Part shown: positions 11,198 to 24,744 of the stretch, one piece after another
Layout: each line of letters opens with the position of its first letter
Numbering within the stretch: position 1 is the stretch's first letter
Made by a program: the position numbers and the translations under genes
DNA from: Octopus bimaculoides
Lineage: Eukaryota
DNA length: 50,342 nt
Reading direction: 5' to 3'
NCBI RefSeq assembly: GCF_001194135.2
Contig: NC_068981.1
Coordinates: 12,741,344 to 12,791,685 of the forward strand
The notes under the pieces: model-generated
The model's database searches: none
What the model was told of the DNA's origin: nothing
The model's input: only the letters and a program-made list of their open reading frames with translations

Positions 11198-14100
11198 ATT
11201 GAAAACACAGTTTAATTTCTTTCCAACACCTTAATATCCGCTTAATCGTTTCGAAAAAAAAAAATGACATTTGGGTACGAAATTTTACTCCTCATTTTTT
11301 TTTTTTTAATTTAATTAGGTCGTTTAGTCAGAAGACATTTGTTTCTAATGCTACCCAGCGGATTTGAATTACTACTCAAGTAACTGTTTCGCTGACGTCT
11401 TAACTACACTGCCTTGTCACCCATTTAAAAATTGCAGACACGTAGATAACAATCTTTTTCAATGTTAAAAGGTGTTAGAATAACATTGGCATCTAACGAT
11501 GAAAAGTACTAGGGACGTGACATATTTAGAGAACGCTGACAGCATAGCCGAGGTCAGATGCTGGAATTTGTTGGTGGGTGGGTGAATGCCAATCAATGCT
11601 ATACCTCTTCTCCGGATGCAGCAACCTCGTCAGAGATATGGGACATTCGAGAATCACGACGAAGTGTTACTGAGCCTCAGCAAACGCTGGGGGTTGAAAT
11701 ACGACGTTGACTAAGAAGACCAATCTTTGGGATGGACTGTTAGCAATGTCAAAGATAAGCTTTCGCGTGGGAGATCAGTCTTAGAGAAACCAAAGCTGTG
11801 AAGCACGTTTGCAAGAAGTATCTAACTGCCACACGTGGTTATAGGGAGTGTAATACAATGGTATGTTCTTGATATAAATAGCGCTTGAACAAATGTTCCG
11901 TTAAATGAAAACAAATTGCTATGGTCTTCTTGGGTGGTGCACTCAAGTATAAAGAAAGCTATTTTTTCTTCTCACATAAGTAGTATGCCATGTATTCATG
12001 TTTACAACACAAGTAGAATATGATTGCAGTCACCCCTGTACCATTTACATCTATACTAAATGCAACTGTTTCTTATGTCATTCTGAAGGTTTTGTGCTGT
12101 CTTAAAATGTCTATATCCAAACGTAGTGCGCATTTGATTGTATACTGCTTTAAATTAATTTGTTAGAGGATGGCATGCAACATCCTTGAGGGTTGAAAAT
12201 GTTCAAGTACCCTAATGATGGCGCAATATAAAAGACAAATTTACTAAGACAGAGAAATTGTTCAAAGTAACTACGTCAGAATGGTATTCGCTGAATATAC
12301 AGATTGAAATTGCGGTGACTGTAAATGTCAATGCCAGTGTAGTGAATACAGCCATTTCCAATGACACCTGCGCCGCACAATGCGTGTGTTGGAGGTAAAA
12401 TCTGTGTTTTTGCCCATGGCATCAACAAAATCTTTGTCGAAAGCTCTCTTGCAGATTATCGATCACATGTTGCTGATTAGGTGCTCCACTTATTTCTCCT
12501 CTCTAGATCGCACTAAGTAGTAAATATATATCCTAATATCGTAAGCAATGCTTCCGTTATTCTTCTACATTGTTCCAAAATTAATTTTAAAACGATCGGT
12601 CGACTGATCCAACATTCTATAGCAGCAAAACAAACTCCTCCTCCTCCTACTCCTCCTCCTTCCATATGAGACCGACAGTTATGGGTATTTTTCGTATCTC
12701 TGTACGCTGAACCTATTTCTACCATTACTAAGTAATCTGTTCATGGAATTGTTAAATCATTGACCTTCCTTCATTTTTAGTTTCTCTGTCCAGTCAGATT
12801 AGACTTGAATTTTCCGTTTTGTATATGAAACTATTTCAAAAATTAGATTTGATATTAAAAAAATGATATAAATAGTAAAAGTAGAATTTATTGGTGTCGA
12901 GAGACCTTTCTTTTTAATAAATGAAACTGATTTCATGATTACAAACAGTATAAAATGATATTTAAAGTCTGGGATATGAATATTCTGAGGTAAGTATTTA
13001 AAATATATTTATCTGAAAATACGAAGTTCTTAGCTTTGTTAGTCAACAAATTTTGAATAAAAAGATAAAAATAACTATTATTGCTGAAGTGTTACTTTAT
13101 TAAGAGTATAAAGTAGTTGTATAAATTTGTGATTTTACTACGTTATTTATTTGCAGAGTGTTTATTACATTTCAACTAAACAATTACTACAATATATATT
13201 GCATCCTTGTTTGAAGCTATTTTACTTCATTTATGAGAATAGTGTTTGTGGAAAAGAAAAGATTATGAAATATCATATCTTTCATTCTATTAAAATAAAT
13301 GAGACTTGGTACCCAGTCAAAAAGAAATAATATTTTTAAGCCACAAATTATATTCTGAAATACCTTCTGTTAATCAGAATAGATTTTATTCTAGATTTTA
13401 CATTGAAAACTGAAGTAACAGACGTGTCAATGTTTCGTTAATTTAAAATAAACTTTTTTTGTCATGATTTATGATTTTATACCATATTTTCTACCTGATA
13501 TCTTGAAGAATATTGAAATATTTTTCGTGATTTTGAATTATAATATAAAAGATTTTATCAGCTAATATTCAAAATTCCTAGAGTTTTGCACATAAATTAC
13601 CAGATCTTTATACAACGTTCTACGCATGCAAATTAGTATTTCATATTCCTATATGTTATAAGGGCAATGCAAAAAGATGCACCAAATATGATACTGTACT
13701 TAAATATTACTTTCTAAGTTCAAAGCTTCTTAACTCCATTCATTTGGACTGGCGTTTACACCTCGGCATCCGTTTTAAGAACAGCATATGGAACCATAAC
13801 TTTACGGTCACAGCATAAGACAGGTTAATTTGTATTGTAGCAAGTGCTTTGTCCACCTACTTCTCGGATGCGACAAATATAAGCCCAGCAGTCTAGTGGA
13901 ACACAGATACGCTAGGATCGAATCTTTTCTTACTTGAAAGTATAATTGTAAACGGTGACGTTTTTTTAGTATTGTAGACGCTTCCATTGACCTAATATGT
14001 GTATGTCTGCTGTAGCTGTTGTTTTCAAATGTATCGCCTGCAGTGCTATGGTTCTAACTTTTCTGAAATGTTATTATTTTGCTTCATTTTATAATTTTTT

Positions 14101-15049
14101 TACGTATGTATTGATATATTATTTACATTTTGTGAATATCTGTTTGCTTACTGTTTTACTCTGTTCAATGTAATCTCTTATGGGAGGCGGCTCCCATATA
14201 GTTGGAAGCCATTATTGACGTGAGGTTATACTGTTAAGCAAACAAACATGAAATTATTAAAATATTGACCTTATAGTTTATAATTGTACTTACCCTAGAG
14301 AAAATGGCCGGTTTTTTATTACCATTTTTATTTCAACGTAAACAATAATAATAGTAAAATAAACAATAAGAAGAGCACTGTACGGTTCTGAATAGAGACT
14401 GGGTTTGTATATTGAGTTGAACAAATTGAACACTATTTCGACAGATTGTCTGTCTTGTCCGGGGTCATAGTATAAAATGATTAAACAAGAACGCAGAAAT
14501 ATAAAAAAGCAAATTAAAGTATAAACGAGAATGACTTGCGTCTCTTTTTAGCCAAAATGCCATCGTTGGTTTTCCCTTTTACATAATGGGTAAAAAGGAA
14601 AAAGAATAAAAATAAAGAAAACGAAATAACAAAAAAAAAATAATAAAAACAGAATGGAAAGAGAACACTTCCATCAACGCATTGTGTCCCCTGTATGAAA
14701 TAGGAAACGATAATGAAGAGTGATTTTCAATATTACATTTGGTTACGTAGATTTGATTCAGGAACGATTCTTGATGTAATCGTAGTAAACATATATTTAA
14801 TCAATTGCTTCAACAAAGTGAGACTATTTCATCTCATACTAAAATAATGACATAGACCTTCATTGGTAGGAAACATGAATGATGACAAACCACAGAATAC
14901 ACAGCTCATAAGTCAGGTATAAAATATACTCTATAGAATAACTGTATCTCTTTACTTGTATGGTGTCCCTCATAGAAGTAGTTCCTCGATAACTTTGCCG
15001 TTGGTATTTCCACTTGAAGACACACCCCGTGAGCATAATGTACAAGGTT

Positions 15050-16810
15050 GGTATTCGTTGGAGTTATGTCAATCACAAAAAGAAGAATGCCGTCTTTAGC
15101 CGTGATTGGCAACATTTTAGAGATGTTGTTTCAAGAACTTTAAATGCAACTTTTAAGAAAGTAGTGTTTTCATAACAGCAAATATCAACTAATGAAAGTA
15201 CAGAAAACTACGAAAGTGGAAGGAGAAGGGGTGCAGATGATGCTGTCTGTGTAACATCGGTCAGGTCTTTACCTGTCACCATCGTATTTTATGATAAAGC
15301 AAATCCTTCGGATAAAGTAAGAGTAAATATCGAGTCTAAATTCCAGGGCAAAATGATAATGAAAAAAAGAACGAGAGAAGGCAGTTAGAATTACGGGAAC
15401 AGAGGAGTTAAACCAGTTAGTAATGAAATGCTAATTTATTAGTCAATCAATTAGAAACGGGTGTGGATCACAGACCAATAGTGTTTGAAAATTGGGGTTA
15501 GATAAGCTTTGAGATTAGATCAAATTTAACGGGCAGGAAAGTTTTGTAAAGAATAACCTATATCTATGGAAAGTAGAACTGGGTGTCATTAAACGTAAGA
15601 TAGAAAACCAAGTAGAGAAAAAAATTAAAGAGGTTAGTAATGTAAGCGAAAGATATAAAGTGAGAGATAAAGTATTAAACTATGACATTAAAAAAAGTGA
15701 ACGAAACTATATTATGGAAGACCCGATTGTTGAGGTGGTAAAACGACCGAACCTTTGGAGACAATATTAAAACAACTTAAAGGAGATAGTAATCCGAATA
15801 CAGACAAATCTACAGAATATGAAAAAAAAATTTGGCAATGCAAAAACAAAGAAAGAACAAAAAGAAATTGACAATGCGATTCGGAGTGTGTCACTTATAT
15901 TTCGACTGGCAGTAAATGACTTATACAAGTGTAAATGTATAAAAAAAAAAGAAAGATAGCGTTGGCTACAAAGCAGGTAAACCAACAATGGAGAGAAAAA
16001 TACTTTGGTAGAATAAATGGACAGAAAATGCTATCAAGATCTTGAGAATGAACGACTGTCAACTACACCTTTTTTTTTTATATGGAAGCACTGTGAAAAG
16101 AGAAAATCTCGTTAAAATACAGGAAAGAATTGAGAGAAAGAACTTTAGAACTAAAATAGTCCGGCAAATAAAATCGGCAAAATTAGCTAAGTTAAAGGGA
16201 TATGAGTAAAGAATAGAAGAATTTCAGCAGGAGAGATAGTTGCAAAAGAATAAGAACAATTAAATATATGGAGGACACAAATATGACATAGGGAGGCATA
16301 ACATTTAGAGTGCTGCATGGAGCAGGAAAGATATAGCCAATGAGAGACATGGATATTTCGAAGGCGCAGAAACTGAATTAATAGAAGTAAAAAGAAAATG
16401 TTGAGTTGGTATTCATTGAGGAACTCATTGAGACCATGCTAATAAATAATCTAATCGGAAGAGACCCATAGAGAAGGATTTGGTAGATTTTGGGCAGAAC
16501 AACACTCTGGCAATTACTGACAAGTTTGTGGAGTAGAAATATCAAAAATAGGGTGACTAATGCTAAAATACATTTCCTATGAAAAACAAAAAAAAACAAA
16601 AACAAAACAACAGCAAGTTCTTGAGGTCTTAAATAGTAGTACTAAAGAAATTGTTTACAATATGTTTGAGGATAAGAACAAGACCCATGTAGAGGAATAA
16701 AACTTATTTTAAGATGAACAAGAGCAGGGACGCCACAGAAATTCTAGAGCAAGATCCAAAATATTAATCAATTAGAAGAGGAGACCAACTGGTTCAGTAA
16801 TTGGGTGAAT
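15050..16810 (+). mobile_element. Highly degraded non-LTR retrotransposon (R4/Dong-like RT remnant)
   Basis: LWQLLTS at ~16505 and EQGRHRNSRARSKILIN at ~16722 recall the LWKLLTGII and EQKGCRRNSRGTKDQLLID RT motifs; many stops and frameshifts; 5' limit uncertain. Confidence 0.45.
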
Positions 16811-17899
16811 ACATAGAAAATATGCATATGACATAGTGTACCCTCGATTTTCAAGACACTCGAATTTTTCAAAGGTGCAACAAGCATCCTAGAACTGATG
16901 CCCCTCCAGGGAACATGATATTTACTTCGAATACCTTACAGAGACTGCAACTTCGTGTGTTTGGTAAGATACATGCATCGTTCCAGCCCTTACAGATCTC
17001 TCCAACACAATTTGAGGAACAGAGTTTTGCTCTCTGCGTTGAAGTGCTAGTTTTCATATGTTACAGCGCAAATTACGTTTAATTAGCTGCACAATTGCGA
17101 CATGAGGTCTACGAAGAATTTTCCATTGATCGAATGACTGGATATTCTGTAGTGTTACACCTCTGTGTGAATTATATGCAATAATCGAGTTCTTTTAGAG
17201 GAGGCCTTTAATTTCGAACTTCACCTATATTTTTATGTAGCTAGAGACAACAAATCTAAATTAAGTCCTACTTTCCAGACACATTTTTTGATCTCTTGTC
17301 TTTGGTTATATCACTTTCGGATAACACTAATAACCAACGAGCCGAAGGTTACATTTTCTGGCTCATACAATAATTCTATAATCTTATTCCCTCTGCGTAT
17401 ATAGATAAATTAGAGTACTTCTCATTTGCGAATATGAGAGCGGATTTCCATTGAAAGTGAGTCGCCTTGAAACATCGCGTCAACATTCCCTACTAAATGC
17501 TTCGCATCTGTAATACCAAGGATGCATATGTATATTTATCTAAAGTACATTTCTATTATGTTTTAATTATTCATCTATTGTTAGCGAACGCACAATAATA
17601 ATTGACCATTTTTCTGTTTGTAAATTCCAGTTCTCAAGTCAATGCAAAGGAAGCCCTAATGTTGATTTTCCTGAAGAGATATTCCGCTGATCATGGCCAA
17701 TTGGTTTTCTTCCAGACAGGCAAATTCAAATATTCTATGAGTTACATAAGAGAGCTGGCTGTTTCTGTAATAGTGGTACACATCCTATCCATGTATTTAC
17801 CGCTTTTGCTGGGGTTGTTTTGTTCTTTTGTTTTTGCTTCTAGTACCGCAGTAAATATATTAATGTCAGTTGCTGTGGCGGTGGATGTAGAGGAAAATA

Positions 17900-18200
17900 T
17901 AATTCGTTATGGAATTAAAGTGATGTGTCGGTCGGGGAACGGCTTTACAAATCGTTTTTGGTGAAAGAACAAGGTTGGCGGCTGTTTTGGCTTCTTGATA
18001 TTTAGGTGACGTCCGATGAGCTTTTGTATTTCAGAGAATATTGTTTTCTTTAGAAGCGTAGTCCATTTAGAATCTTCGGGAAAGTTAGATCTCATTGTGG
18101 TAACGTATGCCTGCTATTCAAATTTCATTGTTGTTCTAACTCCAGTGTATTTTATTGTGGATGTACTCGTTGTTTGGACATCGTTGATTAGGTTGTCAAT
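17900..18200 (-). mobile_element. Degraded LINE apurinic-endonuclease fragment
   Basis: Frameshifted YHNE / NGLR / YASKENNIL*NTK resembles the NGxRLLDYAxENNLxIxNTxF endonuclease motif. Confidence 0.35.
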
Positions 18201-18549
18201 TATTCCAACTTTTCTTTATCATCAGGCAGGAATCCATTAAGTGGTTTTGCTGTTTTGCAGGACATCAACCACATCTCTTCTTCCTCCTCCAAGTTGAACA
18301 ATTTAGAAATATCAGTCTATGTTGTCATGTTCTATAAACATCTGTGACTCTGTGGGCGTTCTCGCCAAATGATGCTGTTATGAAATTAAGGTGCATAACA
18401 TCCATGTATCATTTTGCCCGACCATATTCTCGCATGCTTTCTGGGACGAAGCACATTCGCTATATTCTTGTTATTTTTACAGCGCCACTTACCAAAGGGA
18501 CGGGCTTCACCACACATTCTTCGTTCTTTTTTATTCTCTTACTTGTTTC

Positions 18550-18690
18550 AATCATTCTTTTACTTGTTTCAGTCATTTGACTGAGGCCATGCTGCAACAC
18601 TGCCTTTAGTCGACAAATCGACCCTTGGACTTGTTCATTGTAAACCTAGCACGTATTCAATCGCCCACTTTTTGCCGAACCGCTTTATGT
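18550..18690 (-). mobile_element. SINE family B 3' fragment
   Basis: ACTTGTTTCAGTCATTTGACTGAGGCCATGCTG...TTTGCCGAACCGC; similar to 3990-4200. Confidence 0.65.
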
Positions 18691-19444
18691 AAGTTTTGAG
18701 GTAAACTTTGAGACAACGTGCCACCAGAAGAGTGTAAGAGATGCTCCAGTGAAAAACAAGAAAACAAAATTATTGGTATTTTGATAAAACAAAAATTAAA
18801 TTTGAATGAAATTAAGTGGAATTAAGTGAGTCTGGTATTTGTTTGCAGCTTAGATAATATCTGCTAATAAGCTTCAGTCTCAATGGACCGTCTCGGTAAA
18901 GTATAGTAAAAAAAAAAACAGAAAACGCTGCCTAATCACAATACAAATAAGCAAGTTTATATAGTTTAGCTAAAAAATATGAACTAGTTCTTCGATAATT
19001 TAAAATATTATCAGTAGAAATACCCTAGAGTGACTACTTTGTGGAGAGCATATTATTATGTTCAGATGATAGTAACTAAATGACCAACGAAAAGCAATTT
19101 ATAATTATTTGAAATTAATACTAATCGAAAATTCTTTAGCGTTAGACAAAATTATCCTCGCCAGTGTCCAAAGGCGAGAACACAAAAAATTCATTTCACC
19201 GACAACAAAATTATATTTTGAACGGCGGAAACTGATTGAGCCTCCGGATATCTGTGTAAATGAATTATGTTCGTAGTTATAACGCTGGTTACCTGACGAC
19301 AAACCCTGTCTAGAGAATCATTTAATTCCAAGTTTGGCGAACAATTCTTTTCAAGTTTTCTTCCTTGATTTCTTTGAAAATAATCTTAGTTAGACTCATA
19401 TAAAAGTATTGTGCTTAATATAGCTTCAATACATAGACCGATAT

Positions 19445-19866
19445 CGGCGAGCTGGCAGAAACTTTCGGAAGCCGAGCGAAATGCTTAGCGGTATTTCGTC
19501 TGCCGTTACGTTCCGAGTTCAAATTCTGCCATGGTCGACTCTGCCTTTCATCCTTTCGGGGTCGACAAATTAAGTACCAGTTACGCACTGGGGTCGATAT
19601 AATCGACTTAATCCCTTTGTCTGTCCTTGTTTTTACCCTCTATGTTTAGCCCCTTGTGGGCAATAAAGAAATAAGAAACGTTAGTACACCGGGCGAAATA
19701 CTTAGCGGTATTTCGTCTGCCGATATATGTTCGGAGTTCAAATTCCACTGAGGTCGACTTTGCCTTTCGTCCTTTCGGGGTCGATTAAACAAGTGCCAGT
19801 TACAAACTTTGTGTGTCCTTGTTTGTCCCCTCTATGTTTTGCCCCTTGTTGGCAATAAAGAAATAA
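19445..19866 (+). mobile_element. Head-to-tail pair of SINE family A (best-preserved copies)
   Basis: GGCGAGCTGGCAGAAAC...GGCAATAAAGAAATAA repeated; homologous to 5932-6375. Confidence 0.85.
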
Positions 19867-20294
19867 ATATACAGACCGATATTTGAACCCCGATACGTAT
19901 TGATATGTGTAATACTAGCTAGCATTACACATATAAAACATAACATTTTCGACCAACAAGTAAATATGGTAGACTAAGAAATGTATGGTTAAAATTGCCT
20001 TATGTACTTCAAGAAACTTAGCTGAAATTATAGTAGGGCAAAATACAATTTAGTTAAGAGAGATTGTTGAATGGATTTATGCAAACTATCTAATACTGGT
20101 AACAGGAATGCTAGTTACAGAAATAATGATAATGGTAATAATATTAATAACAGTGGAATGGTAATGGTGCTATTACAAATGGTCACTGAACACAGCGATA
20201 ATTATAATCATAGCAATAATAATCTGTCCTACACACAGTTAGCTCATCATTTTTCAGCCAAGTTCTTTATATATAAATATCGCTTGAAATCGGG

Positions 20295-20319
20295 GAATAT
20301 ATATATATATATATATATA

Positions 20320-20357
<38 letters not shown>
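20295..20357. repeat. (TA)n then (ATT)n microsatellite
   Basis: Direct reading. Confidence 0.9.
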
Positions 20358-20360
<3 letters not shown>

Positions 20361-20454
20361 GTATTATAGTTATTATAGTACTAACAGACTTCCGTAGTCA
20401 CTTTCTCTCCATAAATTTCAAAACCTTCTCGTTTGTTTATAAATATTATTTTTA

Positions 20455-20742
20455 ACTCTATGGCCAAGGCCCGACATCTTGGGGGGGGGGAGGCTATTCG
20501 ATTAGATCGACTCCAGTACGCAACTGGTACTTAATTTATCGACCACGAAAAGATGAAAGGCATATATATACTCAACTAGTACATATTTCACTGAACTGGT
20601 ATTTATTTTACTCAGCTGCTACTTAATGATGAAAGGCAAAGTTTGCCACGACAGAATTTGAACTCAGAAAGTAAAGATGAATGAAACGCTGCTAGGAATT
20701 TTGTCCGGCATGCTTAACACTTCCGTCAGCTCGCTGCCTTCT
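20455..20742 (-). mobile_element. Two partial SINE family A copies
   Basis: Reverse-complement match (CAACTGGTACTTAATTTATCGACC; GAATTTGAACTCAGAA). Confidence 0.7.
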
Positions 20743-20771
20743 TAACCTACTAATTAGGATTGCGATTGTAT

Positions 20772-20772
20772 T

Positions 20773-20821
<49 letters not shown>

Positions 20822-20850
20822 GATCCTTCTACTACTACTGCTACTGCTGC
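20772..20850. repeat. (CTA)n/(CTG)n trinucleotide repeat
   Basis: Direct reading; source of the poly-Leu ORF. Confidence 0.95.
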
Positions 20851-22318
20851 TTGTGGTAGAGTTTTTATTTAAGATTTTGTATTACAATGCCTGTCTAAAG
20901 TTGTTCTACTTTATCTTGAATGGAAACAACCAACTGGCACAATAATTAACTGTAGAATTCTGCCTTGGCTATTGATCATTGGAACAAAAGTAGAAATGTT
21001 CTTCCCTCTGGTAAAACGGGAAATCACTACGGGCTTAATTCCAAGGCTTGAGAATTTATTGATATTTCAATCATTGTTAATAAGCGTATTTTATTTTGTT
21101 AAACCATCAATTCGTGAAAATACATTAAACTATTCGTGCTATATCACTAATTTACAATTGTGGATGAAATAGTTTCCTGATGAAATGAATTTAATGAATA
21201 CACAGCAGGCAACTGCAATAATATTCACTTCTGAAATTGGCAAAGGCGATTTATTGAACTCAAATGGAGACTTCAGAAAAGATCTCTAGAAATCCATTTG
21301 CATTGAGAAGTGTTAAGTCTAACATAACACGTGACAATTTAACTAACGAGATATTTCATGAAATCTATTGTGGATTACTTGAAGCTGTTACAGATTGCAT
21401 ATTCAAGTGAATAAATGAGTTAAATAACATATCTGCGTTAACAAGGTGCGGTACTATTAATCAGAATTGTAAACTAAAAACTTCGTAATTAATGAAATAT
21501 TTTCTAGCAGGAACGCATCATTTTCAATAAATACCACACAAAAATCGAGAATGTTTCCATTCTCTCATATAGGAAGCCCTATATGTTATCGAACATTAAT
21601 TGAGAGCAACCAATTCAGCCGCGAACGAATCATGGTTAATTACAGTTAAAAAAAGCGAAATTGTTGTGATCTTCAGTCAACAGTTGATGACGAAAATATG
21701 CGTTGTAACAAGGTGCATATATTGTTTATAATCAAGGGAGTAAATTAGGAATAGTGGTTTATTTCCCCTTGCGGCGAAGGTATATGACTAAAACGTAATA
21801 CCCAAAAGAGAGCACGCAAATGTTCAACGACTTCGTTATAAATTACAATTTATGGGGTGGGGTGAAAATGATTTAAATTTTTATGAATATTTCGAAGTAT
21901 CGTTACTGGTTGATAAAAACAAAATTTTAAAAATTCACATCTTTCAGTACTAAATTTAATCATATAAAAAATAAATTAATTAAAAATTATTCTTGCAAAA
22001 ATCAAAAGAGAACATCCGAATATATGGTAAATAGTTATGGGTTTAAAGTGTATGTCACCATCAGTAAAGCGGTTGAACAAAGCCTTGAAGTCGATCAGGC
22101 ATTTTCCACAGACATTTATGTGTAGTAGAATGTAAACTTGATGGACCATAATATCTCTTATATTTCTGTAAAAATATTTAACTTAGTTAGCACAAACATA
22201 AATCACGTCCTACAAAATACGTGCAGACCGGTATAGTGTAGTGTAGTATATGTATGTTGGCATAATTATGTATGTAGAAGTCCTTTCCATCTTTCTCATT
22301 GTCTCTCTCCCGCAATAA

Positions 22319-22428
<110 letters not shown>

Positions 22429-23681
22429 TTGTGTACATGTGTGCGTATATATATGTGTATATATATCTATACACATATATATAGATGCATGCATACACAA
22501 ATGCATAAATACGATCATACATATATGTGTGTGCGTGCGCGTGTGAGCGTGTATGTGTGTGTATGTGTGTGAGTGTGTAAAAAGGATTTATTCTACAATT
22601 AATATTATCTAGGAAATCTTTAAAATGATATTTGTGAACCTCTTCGTAACTTGCCTCACGATTATATAAATATATATATTTTTAATTCTTTATTTTAGAC
22701 AGTATTTAACTATAGCAAATTCTCAAATATTTTGACTGCATGAACAAAGATTTTTTAGATTTAAATAAACATACACATACACACACATGCACACATACGT
22801 ACACACATACACATATATGTACGCTCTTACACAGAGATATGTGTTTGAGTTTGCACACATAAAGGATAGATATTTCTTCGTAATAACGAGGAAATTTATT
22901 CATGCAAGAGTGGTCAATGTATTAGAAAGAAAGGAAATCAAATTTCAGAGTGATAATATATAGATATAAATAGTTCTTAAAGTAATGACAACGTTGAAAT
23001 ATATAGATATTTACAGTGAATCAGAGAGTGTTGGGTTTTTTTTTCAGCTTTTCGCTGGTCTCGTTTGAATCAAATTCATATAACAGACTTTGTAAAGCCT
23101 GTGCGTATATAAACAAAGAAAGTGAAAACACAATGCCATTCTTATGCTGATCACAATAACATCTGCCGATAAAGCAAACTATAAGATTTTATAGACTCAT
23201 TTCTCTTACATTTCTATCTTCCATGTCCACGGGAAAGATATTTGTAATATTTATGTCTATTTTAATACACGCTCCGTGATTTACTGCCGGCGCATCAACA
23301 GTAAATGTTCCGTTGCTATTCTTAAAATCGCTTTAAAAGAATAATAATATTTAAACACTTACTCACACACGCACACACATATCAGGCACATAGAGATGTT
23401 TCTACCGATATTTGAGAACAAATATTTTAAGAACCATAAGTGGCCCAGACTTTCAAATCTATCTTTCCTTTTTTTCAGCTCCAGCCGGGGACCTTCGAAA
23501 GTTAAGCAGACGATGGGAAGGCATGGCGTTCTCATCGACTCAGCCAATAATCGCAGTGATTCTGAGATTGCAATCTTATTAAATGTCGCCAGATTAGAAA
23601 GGAAGTCCTGGGCTCTGGTGGTAATGAATGCCTTACTTGATGAAAATAAGATGAAACATTCTCGACAGACAGACAAGTATG

Positions 23682-23721
23682 ATATATATATATATATATA
23701 TATATATATCTAGCTAGATAA

Positions 23722-23775
<54 letters not shown>

Positions 23776-23796
23776 TGACTGATTGATTGATTGATA
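23682..23796. repeat. (TA)n, (GATA)n, (GATT)n compound repeat
   Basis: Direct reading. Confidence 0.95.
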
Positions 23797-24464
23797 GCAT
23801 ATGGTTGGTCGTTGGGAAAACGCAAGGAAGGTCGAGAGGAAAGTAAGACAAATGTTGTTAGGTAGAAGCAAAACGAGTGCAATGAGAAAGAAAGAAAAAG
23901 TCATCCGTTTTGACTCGTTCAAACCAAAATTGCTATGATTGGTTTAATCTAGAAAGGAATCGGTCTTTTCCCAATTCAATAAGGTAAAATTGAAAAAAAA
24001 CGTTTGCATACAATAAAAATCGCCAGTTCTGGAATTTAGCAGAGCAGCAGAGTTCTTAGATATAAAAAATAATATTAGATCTTTAGGCAACGCAATGGTT
24101 GCAGATATTGCATCAACTAAGCTATGACATGGATGTTTCTACAATGTTGCACTTAATATTGTGTGGTATATTGTTGGCCTTCAAGGTCTCAGGTAAAGCT
24201 ATCTTCTTATCACACGGGACCGGCAAACTTTTTACCACACCCCAGCGCCTGCACTGTTACGTTAGCATAAGATCTTTTTTTAAACACTTACGGATATACA
24301 AATGTACATTTGCTTTTTGGTATCTTACTTTGGAGCACTGCAATGACTACAGTTTTAGAAACCACTGAACCGAGTAGAGTAAGCACGTTTCTGGCTTTGA
24401 ACAGACAGCTAGAACATGGAGAGGGTATCTGTTATGACTTGCAAATAATAGTTCTCCCCTTTTC

Positions 24465-24716
24465 CTCACAAAGCTGCGACAAGTGGAGATATTGATAAAT
24501 GGGGTATAGCCGATCATGTATGGCAAAAATGGAGACCACCTCCTCCTGTGGAATGAAATTAAAATAATAGACAGAGAACACCACTGGAAAATATTAAAAC
24601 TAAAAGAAGCTGCACATATGCTAGGACACAATAACCTCCTTAGCAGACCGAGTGCAGATATGAATAGCATATGGGAAGCAGTATTAAAGAAGGATAGGAG
24701 AATAATAGATTTATAA
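24465..24716 (+). mobile_element. Penelope-like element, C-terminal part of the GIY-YIG endonuclease (frameshifted)
   Basis: HKAATSGDIDKWGIADHVWQ / NGDHLLLWNEIKIIDREHHWKILKLKEAAHMLGHNNLLSRPSADMNSIWEAVL fits the Penelope endonuclease tail (KSxxAxH...WxxxKIIDRE..W..RxxKEAxH). Confidence 0.75.
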
Positions 24717-24744
24717 GCCCAAAATTCCCTCCATTATTGCCCAC

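Noticed and set aside
17602-17964. 120-aa plus-strand ORF with a hydrophobic stretch
   Set aside because: It lies next to and antisense of a degraded LINE fragment, with no splice or domain support.
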